Source: Azolla caroliniana
Lineage: Eukaryota > Plantae > Polypodiophyta
Length of the DNA: 64,000 nucleotides
NCBI GenBank assembly: GCA_043228905.1
Contig: JBHGNT010000001.1
Location: 3,038,001 to 3,102,000 of the forward strand
Direction: 5' to 3'
A model generated the notes under the pieces. That model was not told the origin of the DNA and made no database searches. It worked only from the letters and a program-made list of their open reading frames with translations. This document shows, in pieces, positions 12,093-22,855 of this stretch (its first letter is position 1; the number at the start of each line of letters is the position of its first letter). The translations under genes were made by a program, and so were the position numbers.

Positions 12093-13874
12093 ATGGATCA
12101 AACATCGGTAATCAGGCTGCCATTCATCATCCTTCTACTCCTGTGCATGGATATGATCATTAGCTGTTGCAGCTCCTCTGCTACTTCTGATGATCTTCTT
12201 CTTCCTCCTCGGCTCCCACGAATCAGGTCAGCTGCTCAGCAAACTTTGGTGCCTCCAGTAGTACTGCAGGCGCATGATCTTGAATCCACGGTACCAACCT
12301 ACATTCGAGGAGCGGATGTGGCTACCGCCGGACAGCTCGTAGAGGCGGAAGCAGCAGCAGCAGCAGCCGATGAGAAGATCCCACTGTCTTACATTTACTA
12401 TGTGCACACTTGCCCCAGGGCGTACGACATCATCCGCGAGCACGTGCAAGCCTTCATTCGCCAAGACCCTAGCAATGCTGCTGGGATCCTCCGCCTCTTC
12501 TTCCTCGACTGCTTTGTCCAGGTCTCGCCAAAATTCATAATATTTAACTACAATTGGTAACTGTAACTCATCACTACCATCATCCATCATCCATCCACAC
12601 ATGATACAAACAAATCACCCATCTCTATATGATTCCTAATTCTACAATTGTACTACCAGGGATGTGACGCATCTATGCTTCTTTCGCAAACACCTGCTGC
12701 TGATGATGATGATGATGAAGAAGAAAAAGGTGCTGATGACAATGCAGAATCGAGTAGTAGTGGTAGTAGTAGCCGAAGCAAATTACGGTCTGGTCAGCCC
12801 GATGCGCCCGATGTCTCCGAGCAAATTTCTGCTAGTAATTCTGTGAAGTATTCACTCCGTCGATCTGCCCTCCACATCATTGATAGAATTAAGGAGTCTC
12901 TTGAGGATTTGTGCCCTGGCATTGTGTCTTGCGCTGATGTTCTAGCTCTTGCTGCTCGCGATGCCATCTTCATGGTAAAAATACTTGATGTATTCAATTC
13001 AAGAATTGCACTAGGCATCCCACATTTAAACATCAATGTTGTAAGCTAATATAATCCACCTCTTTCAGTTAAATTCCCTAATGGGATGGTTGATTATGGT
13101 CAATAAATAATCTAATGATTAGGTGGGTGGGCCGTGGATACCCATGGCGAGCGGGCGCAGGGATAGCTTAGGCTCCCATGCTGCCCATCTGCACACCGAC
13201 CTTTCGTCCACCATCCCACTTCCAACACAAGGCTTCCAAGCCTTGAAGCAGCTCTTCCAGACCAAAGGCCTTGATGTCAGAGATCTGGTAGCACTGTCAG
13301 GTAATATAATTTTGTACCACTTTTGTGATAACTGAGCATGTATAGTAGGCATTCCCGAGTTCTGGCAAAAACCCTAAACCCTGTCTTAGGTGGGCACACG
13401 ATCGGGCAAACTCATTGCCATGTGGTCGCGGAGTCTGCAAAGCATTATCCCAGCCCCTTCTCAGCGGACCTGAGCCCTGCATTCGCAGCGAACCTATCGA
13501 GAATCTGCAAGCTCGCGGCACATCCGGAAGCTTCCGGAGTAGCTCGCCATGGTATCGGCGGTGCCGGCCACATGACTATCCACCTCGATGCCATCTCCCC
13601 GGACGCATTCGACAATGCCTACTTCAAGAATGTGGTGGCGAAGAGAGCCATCTTCCACTCCGATGCGTCCCTCATGGAGGATTCGGAGGCGAGCTCTTAT
13701 GTCCACTTGTTTGCAAGCAGTCAAGCTGAGTTCTTCAAGCAATTCAGCCTGTCTTTCAGCAAGTTGAGCTTGCTGGGTGTGCTCACAGCCCCTGCTTACA
13801 ATGAGTCATTGAAGGGTACTACTGCACAAGCTGTTAATGGTGAAATCAGAATGAGATGCACCATACCCAACTAA
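12093..13874 (+). CDS. Class III secretory peroxidase-like protein with distal His->Leu substitution; 4 exons
   Basis: Signal-peptide-like N-terminus; [63 protein letters not shown]. Exons 12093-12521, 12660-12974, 13123-13300, 13390-13874 follow the classic three-intron class III layout. Confidence 0.95.
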
Positions 13875-16629
13875 CTCTAGATCGTGTTTCATATGTGTGG
13901 AATAATTTTTTGGAAAACTTTGCCAATTTTGGCCCCTCATAGAGAGGGGATTGGGGAGGGTTTAAAATTTAGAGGTTTAGTTACTGTACATGTAAAAATT
14001 TCTGTGGCATGAATTGGATTCTTTTTTTTCTTTTTTCTTTTTTAAACAAAACCTATCCATTACCATAGTTTCCATTACCAATCCAATTCAATAAGCGTAT
14101 ACAAAGCATATAATGATACAATCTAGTGGATTCTTAGTGCTCAGAAAAATATGATACCAATCAAAAGCATATCGGTTCTTTCAGTTTCATTTGTTAGACT
14201 AAAATTTGAACTCAAATCCTTAGCTTTAGAGTTTACAGTTTAGGGGACTAAGAAAATGTTATCCTCTAATGAACATTTCTCTCTCTATCAATACGAAAGA
14301 GGCTTTCACAATGAAGTCGCAAATTTCACACCAAATTCACGGGAACAATGCTTAATGCGACGAATGTTCACGGTAACATCTTGAATGTGCTTTGAGGCAT
14401 CTCAAAATCCAACATCTGAATTAAATATAATCATGTCTTGCTCTCCCAAGGATCGATACATTGTACCATCAAATGGTGGACTGAATTCTTATGAGTTCGC
14501 CGAAGTGATTGATTCCTTTTGAAATCATTTCTCAATTCCTCAATCCCAATAGCATTATTTCATGTTATAATAATGCCATGACCATTCAAAACTAAAAGTA
14601 TTGAACAATCCTTCATATTGACCTATAATTTAAAATTGATGGATCAACCTATATCTTGCAATCATTTTGTAAATTTGAAATTCCATTGCCTTGGGACTTG
14701 GGTGACGTAACAAAAGCGTGCAAGGAAGAACAGAGAGAAAGAGAGACACGCGAATTGCAATACGATAATTTTCTTTTTATATGGAGTTGTTTGTCCACAA
14801 GTTATGATGAGATGAAAAGACCAAGGGAGATGCATTCACAAACTCAAAGATAGAACAGATAAGAAAAGCCAACTTTAATAGTTAAGCATTGTGCTGTTTT
14901 ATAAGAGGGTCATATGCTTCGAAATACCAACCCTTGGACTCCGGTGGGTTGCCATTGGGCCACTCTTGTGCTTATTTAGAATAGACTAAGGGTTCAAGAG
15001 ACCGTCATTGGGAGAGGGTGGAATATTGATTGTCAAGTTTCTTTTGTGGCCAAGTGCCCTATTCAACATTGTTGTCAAATATGATTTAATTCACAAATCC
15101 TATGTGAGGTTTGTGAAGGTATAAGTACAGTTTGAACATGGGTTCTTAAAAGATGCTCTACTAATGATGGTTTGAGTGTCCTAAGCCTTTGGGTTTTCTA
15201 CCTTTTATCCCCGTTTCATTGTATAGAACTCGCCACTTCAATGCCTATGTCTATTCATATATATATTTGTAAGAATGTGTGTAGAGAAGAGATACTTAAG
15301 TGTATCCACATTTAATGATTGGGTGGGGTTTAATCCCAATTACGATAAAAAATTCTCATATATCAAAGTTAGTAACCAAGGAAAGTTTGGCCTTTGGCTT
15401 GTTCCTCAAAAGCAAACACATCGTTGGTTACTAACTTTGATCTATAAAAAGTTTTTATCTTGATTGGGACCCTAACCATTAAATGTGGTCCACTTAAGTA
15501 TCTCTCCTACATTTCAATTTCACACATTCTAACAATATATATGTACATAGATGTAGGTGCTCAAGTGGCCAAGTTTCCTCAATTCTCTTTGTGGATTCTT
15601 TCTATATTGTGCTTAGATACTTTCTTTGTATATCTTTGTGGATTTCCAAAAGACATTATCAATCATGTGTGTAATGAATGTATATCATTACATTGTGTAA
15701 TAATAGAATATATATTGCTTCTCATCATTTGATTCATCATTTTCCACTAACAATGTTGAAAATGGTAAGGTTATTATATTGTTAAGAAGCACATTGTTAT
15801 CATTGACATGTTTTACTATGCAATGTCATTATTCCATTATATCATATCAACATTCTATTTTATTTATCTATGAATTTAGATATTAGGAGACTTAAAAACT
15901 TACCAACGATATGAGCATGAATAACGATTTCGATGGCGATAAGGATGAACAATAAGATACAACTATAAAATAGTGGTGAGTGAGTGAGTGCATATTAATG
16001 TTACATTGGAATTCAAGATGGCCAATTAATCAAGTAATTTATTGACCTATGTATAAAGAATTGTGAACGTGAAGTGGAAATCCAATCGTTGGCACCAACA
16101 ATAAACAGAGAGGAAATTATAAGTTTGTTTACTCTATTTACAAAGAATATGGTGTATGTACATTGTAGAGGCTGGAAAAAACTAAATCAAGTTTAACTTG
16201 GTTATACAGATGTAAGTGATGATGAGTCATGACCATGATTATTGACGTGTCTTATCTTATCTTATCTATATATGCTTGTCCTCGACAAACTTGCATGCAT
16301 ACAATTTTGTATATTTGACAAATGTGCATACACACAATTTGGGTGATTTATGTCACAAGTATTTTTTTATGGCCAAATACATCTTTATCTTCTCCTTTTA
16401 GTGATATTTTTACCACAACGACGGTGAGCCAAATTTTTTACCAACCTAGACACCCTCTACTTTTTTGGATACCCTCTACTTAATGCAAGGGTTCCACACA
16501 TGACCTCATCATCTCTTCTCAATAAGCAACACAAAATTTTATGGTCTCCTTTGGATAAGCCATGTGACCTTGTTATTTCTTTTGGATAAGCTTATACATG
16601 ACCTTAGGGTCACGTCTGGATAACAATTG

Positions 16630-16802
16630 GCAACGGTTCGGTTCGGTTTGAGAGGGTCCAAACCAAACCGTTTAAAATTTTTGAAACCTGAACCAAACCA
16701 AACCAAACCGTGAAATCATTAAACCGAACCGTTAAACCATTTTCAAACCGTTAAACCATTGAATCATAAAAACCGCGGTTTCGTGGTTCGGTTTCGGTTT
16801 TC
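16630..16802. mobile_element. End/subterminal region of a DNA transposon or MITE (hAT-like)
   Basis: GGCAACGGTTCGGTTCGG followed by dense AAACCG/AACCA/CGGTT motifs in both orientations, then an AT-rich interior. No matching second end was found. Confidence 0.55.
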
Positions 16803-16988
16803 AAAATAGGTCAAATTTTTAAAATTGATAATATTTCATTTTTTAAAATTTTTAAAATTTTAAAGATGTTCCTAAAATGTGAGAATAAGGTGTAAAAATG
16901 AAAAGATTGTTAAAAAACAAATTTTAAAATTTTTTAGAAATTTTTTATAATAAGCTTAACAACTCATATGCATTGTATATATGGGCTT

Positions 16989-17035
<47 letters not shown>

Positions 17036-18360
17036 GAAGCACACAATTATATTATTTGTATGTAAAATCCACTTGTTACAACACTTCTTAGTTTCCACTA
17101 CCTATCTATCCTATGCATGGAGAGGGAAATCCTGTAATGCCAGTAGAAAACCTGAATATGCATTTGAGGAAATGATCCCTACATGCTCTAACATCCAAAA
17201 GTTCCACATTAGGATACCTTTCTACTTCTTCATATAGGCTTTCTTCCCATGCCTACTATCAAACATGGAAGCATTACGCATATTCTAATTATGTTGTAGT
17301 CCTCAATATCGTAAATTTTGGAACAATTCTCCATCTTGTCATTTGGAACACTTTGAGTTGTTGAGAGATCAAGCTCAACTTAGTTTAGTTAGTTAGTCAA
17401 CCATGTAACTTTGTAGTTACCTAGATAAAATCTACTTAGAAGTGTTGACTATAACGCCTTAAATAGGACCTTGTACTTAAGTGAGATATTCTACATCCTC
17501 CACTCCTAAGTACATTTAATATAGGCCTTACACCTTAGTACCTATATTCTACTCACACATGTGCACCTTTGCACATGATATGTATATATACCTCATTGTG
17601 GGTATTTTTGTATTTGATGATGATAATGCTGGTTTAATATAGTTACTCATCCCCCATCTTGTGCTGTTCATAAGGGTCTCTCTCTCTCTCTCTTCCTCTC
17701 ACACACATACACACACATCACACAATCTTCTGCTTTGCTTAATTGCTTAATTAGGTATTAATTAACCCATACTTCCCATACTTAATTACCTAATTATTAA
17801 CATGAGCTCATTGAGTCCAACAACCTTTGAGATTCATTATTAACCACATCTCCCAAATGTACAAACCCCAATCAAAATAAATGATGGAATTGTGATCTTA
17901 GTTTCCCATTTCCATGCCAATACAACACTCAAGATGAAACAAGCAATTCATTTTGTAATGAATTACAAAATTCTTGATCATTTGATGGTGCCCAGTCAAA
18001 AAAAGATAATGCATTTTGCCATGACCTTACCAATTGTTGTCCATATATAGAATTTCGAGTCTACATCCATTGAGTAATGGCCACCACGATGCTTGAATCT
18101 TTGTTTTCCCATGCACCAATCTTTCATGCTCAATAAAATATTGCGTCCTAGATATCCATGATTCATCTCATTTAAATGATCACACAATAATGGATGGCAT
18201 GCCACTGCAAAGCTTCAATCCTTGTTTTCACATGGTTGACATAGAGCTTTTCTATGATCTTTTTATTATCTTACGTTAAGGTTGAGTTCTAAATTTTACA
18301 GATTTAATACATGTGATATGATATTTTAGTAGGGATATTGATATTGTTGTAATGGTATGT

Positions 18361-18625
18361 TATTTAGATGTGGAAACAAGAATAGTTGACAAAGTCATAT
18401 CAATTGTGGCCCAATTGACACTGGGATGCTTTATCTCTTTTATTGTAATCAAAATACCCTAGTCTTGGGTTCAAAACCCAATTATCCCATCTCTCTATTA
18501 CTCCATACATGTCATCATAATCTACTAGATGCCACTACGGAATGCAGGGATTGAACCCATGACCTTTGCTATTTAGATATAGAAACAAGGATAGTTGACA
18601 AAGTCGTATCAATGATGGTCCGTTT
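18361..18625. repeat. Two ~55-bp dispersed repeat copies flanking a tRNA-T-arm-like (SINE-like) fragment
   Basis: TATTTAGAT.T.GAAACAAG.ATAGTTGACAAAGTC.TATCAAT occurs at 18361 and ~18570. The minus strand at ~18538-18568 reads AAGGTCATGGGTTCAATCCCCTGCATTCC, which is B-box-like. Confidence 0.45.
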
Positions 18626-18636
18626 GGCCTAGAGCT

Positions 18637-18672
<36 letters not shown>

Positions 18673-19735
18673 TTTGGCAAAAACACACAATTATATTAAT
18701 AAATGTGTGTGAAAAACACTACTTACAAAGGGTATCACAATGGAGTATGGTTACGTACTAACTACACGTGTAGTGGAACATAGTCTCTGAGACTCTATCT
18801 CTCTCTCTCTCTTTGCTCATTCTATCTTATCTATCCATGCATGCATGGTTTTTTATTATATGATTGTATATTTGATTGTCTTGAAGGTACGTGTGTATTG
18901 TAGTGAATTAACCACCACCACTATGTATCATGTGTGTGAATGTATAAGCACATGTAAATTAGAATTGAGTCACAAAACAAAAAGGCGATTAAGTATTTAG
19001 TAGGGCAATTGCTCATATGCATTTATAATGTTAGTTATCGATAGAGGCATGTGGCTTCATAGGATGTCAATTGTTTGAATTGTCTAGAAATGTCGTACAG
19101 TCACTTAGCTTTATGAGAAAAAAAAAACATCAAGTAAAACCTTTATTTATCCCTTAAAGACAAAAGCGTTATTGTAAGGACGTGTCCCACCAGCCCATGA
19201 ACTATAATTATGCAAGATCGATCTCTAATTATACGTATGTGCCATCAACTCAATTATTACATTCTCCCCTATGCATTTTCGCTCAAATTAGGTTTGGTTC
19301 TCCTATCCATTCTAGAAAGTGTACATGTGTGTTTCTTGATTGATTAATATATGCACTTATAAAAGGAGAGTCTCAACATATACGTGATAGTGTCACATCC
19401 TTATCATTCAGACTTCTATGAGATGAGAGAGTGGAGTCAAGGCCCCAAAGCCAAAGTCGAGAAGGGTTGTTTGTCAACAGTATGAGGTCGCTAGCAGCCA
19501 CCACCACCACTGTAACAACGTCCAAACGGCACAACCCAAAGGGATGTGGTTGGCCAACGGGGGGAGGCTTTCGAGAGGAAGTAGGGTGTTGGGAGAAGAC
19601 CCTAAAGAAAGAGCGAGAAATTGGGAGACATGTCTCTTACAAAACACACATGTTCTTTTAGTGGAAGGGGATTTTGAGCCTTTTGTTACTGCTGTTGTGT
19701 GTGTGTGTGTGTGGAAAGTGGGGCTGAGAATGGAG

Positions 19736-19876
19736 CACGTGTCGCAAAACCGATAACGCTGACGTGGAGCCGACGTGGATGCTGACGGGGGCAGAGAGGA
19801 AAAAAGAGATAGGAGAGGGAAGACCCCTTCCGCCTCCCCAAATTCCAATCCAAACCTTCTTGAATCTTCTATAAAT
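19736..19876 (+). promoter_or_regulatory. ABRE/G-box + DRE cluster and TATA box upstream of the F-box-like gene
   Basis: CACGTGTC 19736, TGACGTGG 19760, GCCGAC 19769, GACGTGG 19772, TGACG 19783, TATAAAT 19870. Confidence 0.55.
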
Positions 19877-20048
19877 ATGTAATATGTAATAACAGAGCAT
19901 TCCCCTGTTCTACCCCCCCCCCCCCCCTTCTTCTTCTTCTTCTTCCTCTGCACTCTTAAAACTGCGCATACTCTTCTTCCATCTTTTCTTAACCCTAATC
20001 ACAATCCTCCTAATCATCATCATCATCATCATCATCATCAGGCCTAAT

Positions 20049-21494
20049 ATGGTGGCCATCGCCTCCTTCATCATCACCCCCTTCAATCCCCTCCTCCTTC
20101 AAATCCTCCTTTCTAACTCCTGGACATGGCTTCTCCTCTCCCTTGCCACCATAGCCACCACTCTCCTCCGCACCACTTTCTTCCCTCGCCCTCATGCCCC
20201 ACCTCACCTTCTCCCTTCTCCCTCCTCCTCCTCCGCCCCCTCCTCCTCCTCCTCCGTCTCCCACTCGCCTCTCCCCAAACGCCACCAGCGGAGTAAGAGC
20301 ACCTCTGCCCTCAACAAACTTGCTCACTACCATAACCCCGACGGCCTTAATCTTGTCTCTGGATTTGAGATTATCTCTTCCTTCTTCGACGATTCCCTGG
20401 TTCCTCGCACCCTCCGCCAAGTCGCCTCCGTTTCTCGGCTCTACGATTGCCTTGCCCGGCAACTTGGAGACAAGGGCTCCAATTTCCTGGGGCATGACTT
20501 AGGATTAAGGTTTCTTGGTTTAGCCAATGAGCCTAAGAATGCCTTGAATGATGAGGCCAAGGAAGGATGTGAAGGTATCATGGATGGCTGTATCAAGAAG
20601 CCACAACAACAATTGTTGTATGCCGAAGATTCCAGCGAACATGCTTTGCCCTCGTTCTTCCTGGCTCCTTCACATGATTATTATGTATATAATCCCTCTT
20701 CTACTCAACCATCTTTGTGCTTCGAGAAGCAATTCGGATGGGACAAAGTCTTGGAAACTAAGCTTGGCATGGAGTGGGAATGCTCCAATCTAGCCAGGAC
20801 AAAATGGTTCGAGAAAGCTGAAGAAGATGAGATCCATATTCCTGAGCTTCCGATCGTGCGGGTATGGTCCAGCAATCATATGAGACTCCTAGAAACCCTA
20901 AAAATAGATGCAAATTCTATTGTAGCCTCTGATGTGGGTTCTTGCAATGATGGCCTGGCTTCCTTTGCCCATGTGAATGGAGAGGTTAGTCTCTGGGATA
21001 TCGCGAGCACCAAATGCACCAAACATGTTTTGGCCCATCTTCTTACCGACCATATCTCATCGTTGTTCACGAATTCAGAGAAAGGGCTCACTATCGCGAG
21101 GAATGGCAATATCATAAGCCTATTTGATAAAAAATCCCCTACCTCTATGCAACTTTCTTGCAGCTTGTGGAACCCAAATATATTGCCCACATTCAATGAG
21201 ATGCCACAATTGGCAAATTTGGAGAGCAAGGGGAATTCACTCTATATACCCCAGGCTGGGGGCCTCTTCTCCATGTTTGATATGAGGAAATTATGTGGGG
21301 AAAACTCATGCGTTGGCCTTCTCCCTTGGAACGGGGCATTGAATCAGAAAGAAGAATCGTTTGGCTTATTATGGGACAACTTGACATATATGGATGCCGA
21401 AGATGACTTCGGAGACGAGTGCTATGGCTATACAAGTCATCAAAATGCCTCATTCATGTCTAGATGTCTGGATTTTGTTACGGGAGCATGGTAG
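20049..21494 (+). CDS. Intronless 481-aa protein: hydrophobic N-terminal anchor, F-box-like motif, degenerate WD40-like repeats
   Basis: Long single ORF with TATA box and pyrimidine-rich leader. FEIISSFFDDSLVPRTLRQVASVSRLYDCLAR resembles an F-box; GEVSLWDI, IISLFDKK and FSMFDMRK resemble WD-repeat ends. Confidence 0.75.
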   Translation: MVAIASFIITPFNPLLLQILLSNSWTWLLLSLATIATTLLRTTFFPRPHAPPHLLPSPSSSSAPSSSSSVSHSPLPKRHQRSKSTSALNKLAHYHNPDGLNLVSGFEIISSFFDDSLVPRTLRQVASVSRLYDCLARQLGDKGSNFLGHDLGLRFLGLANEPKNALNDEAKEGCEGIMDGCIKKPQQQLLYAEDSSEHALPSFFLAPSHDYYVYNPSSTQPSLCFEKQFGWDKVLETKLGMEWECSNLARTKWFEKAEEDEIHIPELPIVRVWSSNHMRLLETLKIDANSIVASDVGSCNDGLASFAHVNGEVSLWDIASTKCTKHVLAHLLTDHISSLFTNSEKGLTIARNGNIISLFDKKSPTSMQLSCSLWNPNILPTFNEMPQLANLESKGNSLYIPQAGGLFSMFDMRKLCGENSCVGLLPWNGALNQKEESFGLLWDNLTYMDAEDDFGDECYGYTSHQNASFMSRCLDFVTGAW

Positions 21495-22855
21495 GGGTCG
21501 TGCCGAATACCTTGTGTCGTCCGAAGGGCGTTAACATGAATGTGGGATAGTTATCCAATTAATCATCTATCTTCTCGTCTCGTCTCTGAATGTGAACATG
21601 CTTCCCATCCTTCCTCATTTGGCGAGGATTTGGTCAATTTGGAGTGCATAGATAAAAAGTCAATGCACATTGCACAGCATTTCAAAAAGACAAGGATTTG
21701 ACTGCTCAAGGCTAAGAATGTTGTACCTTGGAAGCCATGCCATGAATAGGCAAAGACTATTTCAATGGTATTTAAAAGTGTGCATATGTGCTTCAACAAA
21801 GGTTGATTGCCTGATACATGAAAGTGAAAAAATCAAAGTTGTCGGATTTAATTGTGTAATTGGATGTGCTTGTTCCTACAAGCCACCACAGTTCGTCAAA
21901 CAATCATCTCTTTCCAAGTGTATATTTCAAAAGTGCTGCCAAAAAAAGTGTCCAAAGCTAAAAGCAAACTTCCATTTGTAATTAAAGAACGTTAATAATT
22001 TATGGGTAACTTTGACAGAAGTTTTTTAGTTGAACATTCAACAAAGTTCCCTCTAAAAGGTGTATTTTCCCATTCTTCAAATGTAAATTAATTGAAGACC
22101 AGTTTTTATTTTTCCCATCAAGCAACCATCCAAGATGATTTTGCACTGACTTTTTGGACTAATGTGAACCTTTTACAATGGTCTTAGAAATGTTCCGAAC
22201 CCAAGGAGTCTCAGTAAAATATTTTGATAAGCTCCTTGATTTCGTGTGTGATTCGATTCGCATGCCCAATCCTCCTGTGGAACACAAGCTACTTGGCTGT
22301 GAGAGCGTGACTCGGATTAAGTTGTGACTGTGAACTTCAAGTTAAACACATTTAAGCTTGAGTAGGCTAGGCTCATCATGCAAAAGGAGCATTCAAATTA
22401 GATTAGACTCAAGATTAAAACAAATAAAAAAAGAAGAAGCAAATGTAGTGTCCTTGGCGCCTCCCTAAAAAGGATCGATAGATTTGAAACTAGGGTTCTT
22501 GAAGCAATGGACGATTCCCTACCTCAAGAGACGGGCCTAAACACGGGACAAATGTAGGAAGAAGGATTGAGCTAATTGAGCTAATGGCACAACCAAACCG
22601 ACACTACGCACCCGTCGGACACCCCGGATGTCCAGTGTTGTGGCCTTGGGAGCACACACACACACAGACCCCCACCCACCCACCCACACACGTGACACAT
22701 ACACACGTGTGCACGCGGGTCTCGTTTTGGATGGGAAAGAAACAGAGCTCTCTGATATCGGTCTTTGGATCGCTGGCTAGTGACTCACCCACCCATCTCT
22801 CAACTCCTCTGTTTCCTGCACAGTTGAAACTCTGAGCTGGAAGCGAATCAAAATC

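Noticed and set aside
18538-18570. tRNA gene
   Set aside because: Only a T-arm-like fragment; no D-arm, anticodon arm or acceptor stem.
20010-20502. Antisense and alternative-frame ORFs over the F-box-like gene (also 8151-8501 and 12228-12602)
   Set aside because: Shadow ORFs of low-complexity or GC-rich coding sequence.
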